A stretch of 63,778 nt of DNA, filler included, from Reticulomyxa filosa (GCA_000512085.1; 22 parts of 22 records of this genome joined end to end with filler, not necessarily neighbours in it), one strand, 5' to 3'; shown: positions 1-12,256, counted from the whole stretch's first letter. Notes: generated by a model not told the origin, from the letters alone. Numbers and translations: made by a program.

Positions 1-1669
1 TGCCGCTGCCGCTGCCGCTGTCATCGCGACAAGTGCAAGGACAGCGGCAACAGGCAGCACTCGAAAGTAGTCACGACATGTTACAAACATCGAATCCTGT
101 CATGTTGTCGACACATACAATTGCAAATACAAAGACTACTTTCAAATTCAACGCCGGACAAAAGCAATTGAAAAGAGAAAGAAATCATTCACCAAAAAGT
201 GAGTATCACGTTACAAAGCCAACGCGTCAGCATCCTTCGCGTTTTCATCCGCGTCATAATAATAATAATAATAATAATAATAACAGCAGTGACAGTAATA
301 GTGACAATGACAATGATAATACAAGTGTGTTTAGCGCGGATTATACGGAGAACACGATGATAAGCAGTCATTACAATGACATCGATGCAAATTCCAATGC
401 CACACACAAAAGACTTGGAGTGAAGCGCAAATATTTAGACGAGAGTCGCAAAGTTGTGATCAAAAACAAAGCACACAAACGCGAGTATTATTCGCCTCAA
501 ATGGCCAATAAGTCGCCCTTTGTCGTTACAGCAAACACTGCTGCCAACCCTCCTCATGTGCACAACGTTGGTGATAGTGACAACGGTACCTCTCATTTCA
601 ACTTGTCCAATACAAGTGCATCGACAATTTCCAATCACCCTGTTGTTGCAAGAACTGCAGCACCTCCAATTTCTTCTTCTTCTTCTTGTGATCAACGCCG
701 TAATTATAACGTCGACTCACCTCCAAATTTTGTGCGACATGTGTACAACAAAAGCAACGGCAAAATCACCGTGTCTCGACGATTGTCCAATACCTCACGA
801 CGACATAACCACTCGTCGAAGACACAAGCTCCATCTGACGTCGCTGGAGTCTCACGACAGGCCACCACTCCAACTCTTGCTTCCACCTATACCGTTCCGC
901 TACGCACTCCAAACTTGTGGCCAGCAGAAACATCGAGCCACAAATGTAGTCGTGATCATGACTATGGTTATGATTATGATTATGACGAAGATGATAATGG
1001 AGATGATGGCGATGGTAATAAGGATAGTGATGACAATGATAACGATTATGACGATGACAATAATAATGACAATGACAATGATAATGATAATGACAATGAT
1101 AGCACTAACTTTGATTTAAAGTCTGCCAAAAGTCTCGACGCGAGAACGTATATCCACAAAGTGCGAAAACATCACCATCCTGAAAATCAACAAAATCGAC
1201 AAAATCGACAAAATGTCAAACCTCCTGTTATCCGCACCAAGATTACATTCAAGTTTTTTTTGTTTGTTTTATTTTGTATACTAGGTCTCCTACAGCACGT
1301 ACATACAAACGTAGACTTTTTTTGTATACGAAAATCATTGCAACACGTAGAAAAGCAAAGGCCGGAAAAGAGGAGGATGAAATTCGCTCAGTGAATTCGT
1401 TTTACCTTCCTGATATTCGCAAATCCAAGTCCATGAACAATAAGCACACTAGTCGAACGAACGCAACTCCCAAGAAAAGATCAAAACCAAAAAGTCGAGT
1501 TCAACCGTTACGTATTTCCTTTTTTTTTTTAAGCTTTATATTACTTATTGGAGAACTAATCGACGAATTTTTAATGAAAGAGGGAGGGAAACAAACATAT
1601 ATGTGTATAAATAACTATAGTCCGAACAAAGACAACTTTTTGACAGTACCTACAATAAATGGTTATTAA
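1..1669 (+). CDS. 5'-truncated low-complexity (Asn/Asp/Ser/His-rich) hypothetical protein, probably spliced near its 3' end
   Basis: 453-aa ORF 33..1394 open from the window start, with poly-N and DND tracts. Coding-like sequence continues in the 1274..1669 frame after a possible short intron (GT at 1253, AG at 1283-1284). Confidence 0.6.
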
Positions 1670-2509
1670 CTTCATCAGAGAGTAATACAATCAGTTCCTG
1701 TCAAATCTTTTTTTTTCTATTCCTCTCTCTCTCTTGCCCGGATTTATCTTTTATTATTATTTCTTTTTGGAATAACTTTTTTTTGGTTTCTTGGGTGTGT
1801 GATCTTGTCAAAATTGTTTCTCAAAAAAAAGCTTATTCGTTTAAGCTTTATCATATATGATTGTCTTATTCTTGTTTTTGTTTTAAAGTAATTTGAAGTG
1901 TGTGAATTTGTTTTGTTTGTTTTGTTTTGTTTTTGTGTTTGCTGAGACCTATGTCTCTCAACACAAATGAGGAAAAATCAGTATTGTTTTGTTTTCTTTT
2001 CTATGTGCGTTAATTTCTCTGTTGGTTTTCCACAGGAATAGTTATCTTCTAAAAAACAAAATTTATAGTGAATTCAACACGAATTTATTCTGAGATCGAC
2101 TGGCTTTTCTTCATTTTTTTCTTAAATAGCTTAAACTAAAATTTTGGTAACTTTTAAAAAATTGGATTGATTAATTTTTGTATACCTGAATTTGGGTTTT
2201 TTAAATTTGAATAAGATTTAATCAAGCAACGATTTTTTAAAATGAATGACTTAAATATTGAAGTACAATAAATATGGCGTTGTTCGTCTTCAGCTATTTG
2301 AAGTTCTCAAATTAAGATTTTCTGTGGGCTGCATAAAAAAAATTCATATATACGTTAGTTTTCTTGTAATATTTTTTACAACAGTTTTCGAAAGCCTTAT
2401 CAAAGTATTAAAATAAAGATACCAATTAAAACAATTAAAATGCTTCCCTTTCGAAATGAAATGCACAAGTATCAGTTGGGGTATGAGAGTTGCATTATAT
2501 ACAGATATT

Positions 2510-5500
2510 ATGTTTTATTTGTGTGAAGGACACTCAGTGTTCGTGATAAAAGCAGTGTACAGTTTGTTTGAAGAGGTAGTTCTTTGTCCAGCAAAGTTCG
2601 GCTCATCAACTTTTTTCTTTTAATTTCCAGTTGATTGTAAAGTGGACGAGAAAATATATCATGGCTCTCCACTCCAATACATCTGTCGCAGATATGGAGC
2701 AAACGTTCTTTCTGGTTCGTGGAAAATATCCATCATCCCCAGAGCAACTCTTTGAGTTTTCTGGCACTTATCCAGATAGATTTGGCCATATCAGCTACAA
2801 CGACATTACGTCGGAATGGTCATCATTATTAACTAACAGAAACGTATACCTTACTTTTTCTTTTGTATTGCAGACCACAAACAAAAACCAAGAAGCGAAT
2901 CAAAAAGACTAACACATAAAGTTTTGTACTTTTAATAGTCACAACAACATACCATCACTACGCAGCCGTCCAATCCTCGTTCGAGTGATATCGTATGGGC
3001 ATGGCAGGCAAGCAACAAATAAAAAGACAAAACAATATACTGAGTCAAAGCACCAAATTTGTTGAATTGATTTTTTTTTAAAAAGAATTTTATACTTTGT
3101 CTTTGTATTTTTGGGTCTTCCAAAAAACTCTGCATTTCACCCTTTTTTTTTTTTTTTTATTCAAATGAAAAAATACACGCATATACACACATATATAAAT
3201 ATACATGTAGAGTGATGATGGTACCTATATTCCCTATCCTCCACAATTCAGTATAAAATTGGAAAGCGCACAAACTGAAGACGAGGTTTGTCTCGCTCTT
3301 TTTTTCCAAATAATTTGTTAATAATTTTTTTTGGAGTTTGTTTTTTTGGTTTGGGTATTGTTGATTGGAACTTACTTATTAAAAGTTGGAATATTACTAT
3401 GCCGATCAAATGTTCCTCGTGAAAAAGCTAAGTCAAGCAATAGCGATTCAAGTCAATCCAACCACAAATACAAAACGAAGCGTGCAAAGACAGCAGAAAC
3501 CGAGCTCTTCAGGCATTGGCCTTTTTTTTTTTTTTTTTTTTTTTGTTAGATTTTTTCTCTGGAAGGAGGGAAAAAAAAAAAGCACAATTAAAAAAAATTT
3601 ACAAACAAATACCGGAGGAATAACAAAAGATCAAGTGACACCGACAGTTATAAGACAACAGACACAATCGGATAACCTTTTTAGTGGCACTTCGAAAAGT
3701 GTGAGCTCATCCACTTGGCAGGTCCGGAAACTCTCTTTTTCTTATCTTTAGCTACTCCACTCTTTTTGAACGACCCCTTTTTTTTTATTATTGCTTTGCA
3801 TTCTGATCTGTTTATTTCAGTTTGAAAACGACAATGGCTCGTACAGTGACTGCGATGCGAATTTGACGAAGGAATTGGAGAACTGGGGCCCCGGCAAAGT
3901 TGAACTTGCTTTGAATTTTTGTAGTTTGTGTTGGAGGTTGAGTTTTGAAGGTGTCATTTGAAAATCTTTTATTTTATTTTATTTTTTAAAAAAAAAAAAA
4001 AAAAAAAGAGAAAACTCCGTCTCTGTCTGTCCCTCTCTTTTTTTATCTCTTATGTTTGGTAGCACAAGTGGGAGGGATCGTCGCACAAGTACTTCATCCA
4101 TAAAGTCGATGACAACAACGCAGAGCAAACCAATCTATCGAGCATGAAGACAAGAAAACTACGACGGAAAACACAGTCCCAACAGGTACAACAGTCGACA
4201 ACGCCGTTTGTCCAATCGTCATATTCCTCGTCGTCGTCGTCGTCGTTGTCTTTGCAAAATGTTACTTGGTATTGTCAAATACTATACACAGAACCATATA
4301 CATATATATATATATGTGTATATTATCATTTGTTCGCAATGTTTTGTGATCCAATAAGAAAAAGGACGAGCACATACACTTTTTGTTAAAAAAAAAAATA
4401 ATAATAATAATAATAAAAGGGAGTGGCAAGAAGATGACAGCTCGTTTCATCCGTATAATTTAAAACAATCATCGATGATTGAGAATGCAAATATTGGAGC
4501 CAAAGTTAAGAGAGGGAATTTTTTTTTTTTTTTTTTAAAAGTTCCAAAATAACGATGCACATATACGTGTGTATGTATGTGTTTACAAAAAGATTAATAT
4601 TGGCAACTATGAAATAGTAAAAAATAACCAGTCCAATGGCGTGCAGATAAACAAGACGACGAACAAGAGAAGAATAATTCGACGTCAAACGGACACGTCC
4701 AATATGGACCAGTTTTTGGACATGACAATGTATCAATCGCAAAGCTATTCCAATATCAATATCAATACCCAGACCAATGCTACATCCAGCCCTTTTTATA
4801 TTGTGAATGCTGCCACTACTACTACCAACACAAACAAGAATATCAATGTCAACGCGGTGAATAAAAATACCAGCAATCAAAGCAACTCCATGAAGGTGGT
4901 TTCTTCTGACAACTCCAAAACATTGCAGTCTTTGGAAGACGACCAGAGTAAATACGAAGAAAAGCAAACGGAAAAGCAAACAGAAAAGGAAACAGACAAA
5001 GAAAAGATTGTCTGGGTATGTGTTCTACTGCATTTTGCTTCATTTTTTTTTTTGTGATTCAGAGCCACCAGAGCCTCGATATATACATACATTACTCACC
5101 ATTTCACAAACTTATGTCTTTGTTGATGGAAAAAAATAGGAATGGAGGGAAAACAATGGCGATTACAAACAATACTCTGATATTGTGTGCAAGAAAATGG
5201 AGCAAGCTAAAATTGGCGACATAGTTAAGAAAAGAAAAGAACATGTTGCTCTGATTTTTTTTCTTCTCCCTTGCTTAAAAAAAAAAAAATGCAATACAAT
5301 GATTAGGTTGCAATTGATGCAATCTATGAGATTTCCAAAAAGGACCAATCCAATGGTATTCAAACCAACAAAAATACAAAGACCACTAGGCCTTGTCGTA
5401 GAAGAATTATCAATGAAAGTTAGAATAGCTCTTTGTTTATTTGCTTTGTTTGTTTGTTTGTTTGTTTGTTTGTTTGTTTGTTTGGCATTGATGTATGTTT

Positions 5501-5651
5501 GGCGTACTCCTTATTTGGTTGAAATATAGACGCCAAAGTGAGCGCTGAGTACCTGGACTTGTTGGAGAAATACAACAGAATGCAGTCACAAATGCAAGGA
5601 CAGCAAGATATTATTTGGGGTATTCTTTCTTTCTTTCTTTCTTTATTCTTT

Positions 5652-5683
<32 letters not shown>

Positions 5684-7112
5684 TAGAATGGGAAGATATC
5701 GACGGATCTTGGAAACAGTACACAGATCCGACGTTTGTAAAGTCGGTGGAAGAGACAATCGTCAACGAACCTGTTTTGTGTTTGTTCTGCTAAGAGGGAG
5801 AGAGAGAGAGAGCGAGAGAGAGAAGAGGTGAAACTATTGTTGTTGGAAAGAATGTCAACACAATCACCACATATACACGGCATACTACACTTTATAGATT
5901 CCTTTCAAAACAAGCACAGGAATGAATTTTGTCGTGAAAACAGACGACAAAACTGGTATTGAAAGAGACTCGAGCACATTAAAGACCAAAAAAGTTCGAC
6001 GAAGGGTGCTCAATAAAAGCTTAGTTGTTTTTTTTTTTTTTGGAGTGGGAGGGGGGAGAGAAAAAAGAAAGTCAAGAATAGTACAACTTATCTATTTTGC
6101 AAACATTGCGCTATTATCTATACATTTGGATCGATAGGAGATACTGCTTTTCCGGATTGGTGGATCCCAAGCACAAAGACAAATTCCAATGATTGCTATG
6201 TGAAGGTGACGGACATGAACAGCAATCAACTGACAAAACGGGCAATCCAAGAACTTTATAAAACTACCAAAGCTACAGAATATGAAGTTGTGAGCGCATT
6301 CTTGGTACAAAATTTGCACACGTGGGTTCAACACCAAGAGCTAGAGAACAGTTGGTTGTCGACCAATCGAATCACGCCAAAAAATCTAAATATTCGTTGG
6401 ATGTGGCACGGTAATTTCTTTTTTTTTTTAAAAAAAAAAAAAAAAATTCGTTTCTTTCTCTATCTCTCTCCCAATCTAATATCGACAACACCTCAAATGA
6501 ATGTATGTTCCAGGCTCTTGGTCCAAGACAATTCCAGAAATATGTAGCAAAGTTATTCATTCTAATCTTATTCATAACTTTTTTTTAATTAAAGATTGTT
6601 TGTTTGATTTGATCTTTTCAAAAAAAAAAAAAAGGGATTTTTGCGAGACTACAACTCAACGCATGCCTACGGAAAGGGTGTATACTTTGCGCGTGATGCG
6701 ATCTATTCCCTTGGTGGTGGTTATGCTAGGTATGTGTTATTTGTTTATTATTATTATTATTATTATTATATATGTATATGAGTCAAAATCTCTTGATGAG
6801 AGTGGCATTGTGAAATAGGTTTGATGATGAGAACAATTATGCACATTTATTGTACTGCCGTGTCATTTGCGGAGAAAGCGCGCAAGGGAAGCAAGACATG
6901 GTGAGACCACCAAGTAAACCAGTCGTAGGAAATGTCACGCTTGAATATGAAAGTTTAGTCGACAAACTCGTAGATCCGTCCATAGTCGTTTGCTGCACAG
7001 ATTGCCAGGTAATCCTCCTCTTTATCAACACTTCTCTTTCTGATCTTCATTTTTGTGTTTTTTTTCATAGGCATACCCTGTCTTGAAGCTGATCATAAAA
7101 AAGAAGGCATAA
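2510..7112 (+). CDS. Multi-exon PARP-family mono-ADP-ribosyltransferase: N-terminal possibly ubiquitin-like region + 5 WWE domains + catalytic ART domain
   Basis: Manual splicing gives five WWE units (VWAWQSDDGTYIPYP; TWQFENDNGSYSDCD; VTWEWQEDDSSFHPYN; IVWEWRENNGDYKQYS; IIWEWEDIDGSWKQYT), each ending in a QxN..T..R.(V/I)RR-type motif. The catalytic domain reads MWHGS..GFLRDYNSTHAYGKGVYFARDAIYS..YCRVICGE..RPP..YESLVD..DPSIVV..QAYPVLKLI, stop at 7110-7112. Start codon uncertain. Confidence 0.9.
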
Positions 7113-7765
7113 ACTTTTTTTTTTATCGCTTGTCTTTATGCGTTGATCGTCTGTTTTTCGACTGCGCTAACATTAGCTAAATTTATCTGATTTTGGTGCT
7201 TACGGAAAAAAAAAGACGAAAATTGTTGCTTTTTTTTAAAAGGTGTGGACAGGGACATCCAACTTTGAAGAATATCAAATTCCCAAATTTTTTTTTTGTA
7301 GTTTAGCCTGCATAAGTGAACAACAGCGGTTTCCCTCCAAAAAAATTTTTTTGCGAAGTGTAAATCAATTTAGGACATACAGTAGTTTCAATTTCACAAA
7401 TAAAACATTTTGCAGAACTAGCAGATTTTTTTCAAAATAATGTAAATTTCTAAGCAACAATGATTTTTCTTTGTTGCTTGATAGTGTTCTACAACAACAT
7501 TTGCTTTTAAAATGATAACTAAAACAGTTCATTAGATATTGTGCAAGCAAAAAGTTAGTCACTTTACATTCGTCTTACATGTACCATTTTTTAATTGTGG
7601 ATTGATTGTTGAATATGATTGTGAGAAAAAAGAAAAACAAGTAGAAAAAACAAACAACAGCCAATTGGAGAAGAAAAAAAAGAGCTCATTCAAAAGTAGT
7701 TTTTGTGACAAAAAAATTCAAACCAGCTTTTGAACACGGCTCAAAATAATACATGCTAAAAATGA

Positions 7766-7931
7766 TCAAGTGGTTTCTGCAGTCGGGTTGGGTGATACGG
7801 AACGAAAAGGTTGTTCAGCCAAAGGTTTCTCTTCTCTGGATTTCGTTTCACTTTTGCTCTCTTTGTTCTTTGTTTCCAGCACTGTATTGTATTTAAAGTT
7901 GGTGTAATTGTTGCAGAAACGAGGAGAGAGA
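7766..7931 (-). CDS. C-terminal fragment of an unknown protein (…NYTNFKYNTVLETKNKESKSETKSREEKPLAEQPFRSVSPNPTAETT*)
   Basis: Open frame from the contig edge to TGA at 7766-7768 with coding-like composition, convergent with the PARP gene. Confidence 0.4.
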
Positions 7932-8031
7932 NNNNNNNNNNNNNNNNNNNNNNNNNNNNNNNNNNNNNNNNNNNNTTAATTAATTAANNNNNNNNNNNNN
8001 NNNNNNNNNNNNNNNNNNNNNNNNNNNNNNN
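7932..8031. other. Artificial contig linker (first of 21). Others at 10170-10269, 11519-11618, 15494-15593, 17634-17733, 19100-19199, 22029-22128, 25613-25712, 27571-27670, 30153-30252, 31815-31914, 35331-35430, 38774-38873, 40534-40633, 42184-42283, 46005-46104, 50680-50779, 52527-52626, 58178-58277, 60716-60815, 62208-62307
   Basis: Identical N44-TTAATTAATTAA-N44 spacers with six-frame stops; sequence character changes abruptly across them. Confidence 0.98.
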
Positions 8032-9420
8032 GCGTGTGTCTGCGAAACTTTTAAACGGTCAACACCAAACGGTTTGACAAACATACTTTTTACTTCTTTG
8101 AATCACTTAGGGTGGACACAAAATTATTATTTTATAGGAATAAATATTTTTTGTTGTCCTGTGTTGATTTTGCAAGATAAACAAAGAAAATGTAAATTCA
8201 ACTAACTGGTAGGTTTTAACATTGCATACAGCTGCGTTCTGTACTAAACTGATTTTTTAGTTCACTTAGAAGTTTTGTGTTCAAAAACACACAAAATTGT
8301 ACATGCTCTGATTCATATTTGCTATATGCAATCAAAGAAAGGAAAAAAAGTTGCTCAAAGGCAAGTATGAATGAGTAAACACTTCAAACTAAAAGATTTT
8401 AATGAATGACAACAAACATGCGACGAAGAAAGCGCCAGAAGAAATTCTTTCCGCTTTGTTCAGGTATTAAACAATGATTAAAATAATAAGTTGAAAGTAG
8501 AACATCAATATACAGTTTGCAGAAAAATGTCAAATATATTATGCTACTTTATGAAGATAATCGATTTTATACTAATTTTTTTTTAAGACAATATAACTAT
8601 TTTTACATATAAGTAATTTTGTAGTGTGATACCCTAATGTTAGATTCAAGTGAGCATTAATTCCACTTTTTTCATCTCAAAACTTACTATTTTGTTTTGA
8701 TGTTTTGGTTTAACTGTTATTCTTCTTGCGTTAATATTGCTTGTTTTCTGCAAAAAGATTTGCTAAGATGTCAACCTTTTCGTATTACACATAGCGCAAA
8801 CTTTTCCACAACAGCGACCACCTTCACAATTTCTTTGTTGGAAGCAGTGTCATTTGATTATTAAGTACGCATTCATCGTTTTCATTACTTTTGCTGACAA
8901 CTTGTTTTTGACATTGCTAACTTTACAAACTTTTTTATCTGATTCTCTTTGCAGTTGCTCACAAACACATTGTACAGTTTTAACAACACGTATTCTTAAG
9001 TTTTATTACAGAAACCAAACAGTTCGTTAAGGGTTTGCTGTCTAAATGTGAGTCTTTTTGCCCCCTTTACTTTTTGCTTGAAAGAAAAGCAATACGAATA
9101 CGTTGCTGATAAAAAAACTAGTTCTGTCCCGTTGATATATTCCTAAAAAAAAATGGTGAGCACAAAAAGAGCCAATTGTTGGAAGAGGCCCGACGACAAT
9201 TTTTTTCCGCTGCAAATGTTCCATATTCTGACAAGGCAGTGAAGAGTACGTTGAAAGTGAAAAAAAAGTAACTTACAGTAAAGGAAGGACAAAGAAAGGA
9301 AAAACAAAAAGGAAGGAAGTGGAACCTCTCCAAAAGAATCTTACAACAGCAAAAAAAAAGGACTTGTGAAAAGAATTGTGGGTTACTATAAAAGGAAAAA
9401 AAGAATTTTTTTTTTTTTTT

Positions 9421-10090
9421 TCAAATGAGCCCGTTACCAGCCAAAGCCCCCATAACAATACTATGCTGAACATCATCAAAAACTTTCTGTACATTTTCGC
9501 GATCAGTGGCAGTAGTCACATGTGCATAGATGACCCTTCCTTTGTCCCCTTCATTTTGTGCCTTGAACTTTTCTCGGATGTATTCGATGCCCTCATCCGC
9601 GCTGTTGGGTGTCCCTGTGTACTGCGTATCCCACACAGTTAACTCTTTCGTTTGAATTTTTGTGGCAAACAAGTCGGCTTTGTTCAAAAACAATATCATC
9701 GTTGTCTTTTTGAAATATCTTTATTTCATTTAATACCACACACATAAATTATTATTATTATTTTTTTTTTTTTGTTTTTACATTGATACGTATACACTTT
9801 ATGATTTTTTTTTTTCCGTTCATTTCTTATAACACACAGAGATAAAAAGTTAAAATACGAAAAAAACCTGCTATTAATGACTTCGTTAAACAGACGAATG
9901 CTTTCATCCATAGCATTGATTTGCTCGTCTTCAAAGAGATTTTGGTCGTAGCAATTTAAGCCGGCAACAAACAACACGGCGTCCACACTATCAAAGCAGT
10001 GAATCCATTTGCTGCGCTCACTTCGTTGTCCACCGACATCAAACAGTTCAAATGTACTGCCCTTCACCGCAAAGGCAGACTCACGAATAC
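9421..10090 (-). CDS. Heterotrimeric G-protein alpha subunit, 3' exons (5' part beyond contig end); intron 9719-9867
   Basis: G3 DVGGQRSERSKWIHCF, G4 LFLNKADLF, G5 HVTTATD and C-terminus GNGLI*. A GT-AG intron restores the frame (INSR|YFKKT). Confidence 0.96.
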
Positions 10091-11038
10091 CTTTTTTTTT
10101 TTTTTGGCCAAGTCATAGACTAACATTTTATACATAGACTTAGACTCATTGAAGCAATACACTAGGGTGNNNNNNNNNNNNNNNNNNNNNNNNNNNNNNN
10201 NNNNNNNNNNNNNTTAATTAATTAANNNNNNNNNNNNNNNNNNNNNNNNNNNNNNNNNNNNNNNNNNNNCCAAATATCCTACAATTGTTATCACTCCGGT
10301 TAAAGGGCGTGCATTATTGTCACCTTCTGCACTATTGCAGTTTTTAGGGAACAATAGAAAAATTTCAAATAAAATTTTAGCTCATCTTGACATAAGAGTC
10401 AAAGTGTCTCAAGAATTTGTGAAATATGTAATAGAAACAAAAAGGAAAATCTAAATACTGCAACCAATACAAAATAAAGACAAAACCAACTACAATTTTC
10501 ACTCCCAAAAAACCTTTACAAATCGAAAAGATAAGCAAAAGACTGTGGTTTTGTTTTCTTGATTGCTATGTCCTTTTTGGATTGGGTACTTTAACTTGTT
10601 ATTTAAGCAAAGTGTGCCTACTTTAGTGTAAAGTGTTAAGACAAAGTTTAGAGTCCAACAATGTCACTCCCACACTTGTCTTTTGCAAGATCGAAAAAAA
10701 AAACACAAAAAAACACACAAATATCAATATTAACTGCAGCAAGTGTCTCGTTATTCCAAAAAATGAAATCAGCAATTGTCTTAAGTCCGGAAATTGCACA
10801 CTCACGATAAAAATTTGAAAATTGATCAATGTATTGTCGTTATGAATTAACAAGCAAATTCTCAAAATGTTCGCAAGTGGCCATTGGTGAATACTTTTGT
10901 TGATATTGACAATTTATTAAAGGTTGAAATGAATAATAAAAAAAAAGCTGAATTTGAAATTTTGATTAGTTAGAGGAAATATTATCTGAAAATTTCCAAT
11001 TTGTCATCTTGGTAAGTTTTTATTATAATTTCTATTAA

Positions 11039-11274
11039 CAGTATGTTGCAAAGAAAATTGAACGCATAAAACGATATCCTATGATGATAATTGATTTTCT
11101 CCATGAAAAATCAACATTTAAACCTAATTTTTTTTTATTTTTAAAAATATCTACAAATCTTGTAGTTTTTAAAATAAAAAAAAAATTAGGTCTAAATGTT
11201 GATTTTTCATGGAGAAAATCAATTATCATCATAGGATATCGTTTTAGGTGTTCAGTTTTCTTTGCAATATACTG
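11039..11274. mobile_element. Near-fully palindromic MITE (~236 bp) related to Tc1/mariner TIRs
   Basis: Arms CAGTATGTTGCAAAGAAAATTGAAC… and …GTTCAGTTTTCTTTGCAATATACTG, each ~110 bp, near-perfect inverted repeat. Flanked by TAA on both sides. Arms are homologous to the TIRs of the decayed Tc1 at 16277-17630. Confidence 0.85.
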
Positions 11275-11686
11275 TAATTATCACAAATTTTTTTTTAAGA
11301 GAAACTGAGCGATTTTGGCACTAGTAATCTTGCGATTCGAGCTATTAAATATTGGAGCCAATTCTGGTGCTCATATTTGTATTTATATCGTTTAATTTTT
11401 TAAAAATAATTTTTTACTTTGTGATTGCGGTCAACAATTACCAAAAACGTGATTAATATACTGACCACTTCTTATCCTTAAAAAAAAGTTGTATATGACA
11501 GATTTTTTTTGTCTTTTTNNNNNNNNNNNNNNNNNNNNNNNNNNNNNNNNNNNNNNNNNNNNTTAATTAATTAANNNNNNNNNNNNNNNNNNNNNNNNNN
11601 NNNNNNNNNNNNNNNNNNAAACAACAATCGTATAAACCTTATCCATTAAACAAATTTTTTTTCAATAAAAAATAGTTGAAAATGAT

Positions 11687-12256
11687 ATGTCATACCTTAG
11701 CTTGGACACAGGTCTTTCATATATGTGTATATATTGTAGAATGTATTTCTGCATGCTAATACTGCCAATAGATGTCAACATGCCAGAAGTAGATTGTGAT
11801 ATAATCATGCCAGAAGTAGATCGTGATACTGTCATGCCAGAAACATATGTGGATGTCAACATGACAGAAATAGATATGGACGCCAACATGGCAGAAGCAG
11901 ATAGTGACGCACACATTCAGGTAAATAACATCTATCCAAGCATCCAAGAAATAAACTGTTATGTCGACATGAACGAACCTGTTAAAGATGTGATAATGTA
12001 TGAAAAAGAAATTATTGATAATGATATTGAAATGCAAGAAATAGATTGCGATGTTGGAATAAAAGACATCGAGGTAAAATATGTTGATATTGTTGGTAAA
12101 GAGGAAATATCACCAGATGTGAAGATGATGGAAACGAGCCAAATGATCACATATTGTGCAATATCACAGCGACGACATCAACTACCAAAAGGGCAATGCT
12201 TCACACCACAATCGCATTACCAAGCTCAAATAACATCACAACTCCAATGTATGTGA
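11687..12256 (+). CDS. Acidic hypothetical protein with ~9-aa D-x-x-M-x-E-x-D repeats
   Basis: 189-aa ORF: DVNMPEVDC-DIIMPEVDR-DTVMPETYV-DVNMTEIDM-DANMAEADS, with an underlying 27-bp DNA repeat. Confidence 0.5.
   Translation: MSYLSLDTGLSYMCIYCRMYFCMLILPIDVNMPEVDCDIIMPEVDRDTVMPETYVDVNMTEIDMDANMAEADSDAHIQVNNIYPSIQEINCYVDMNEPVKDVIMYEKEIIDNDIEMQEIDCDVGIKDIEVKYVDIVGKEEISPDVKMMETSQMITYCAISQRRHQLPKGQCFTPQSHYQAQITSQLQCM

Noticed and set aside
11035-11308. Mirror ORFs MMIIDFLHEKSTF… on both strands
   Set aside because: By-product of the palindromic MITE; not proteins.
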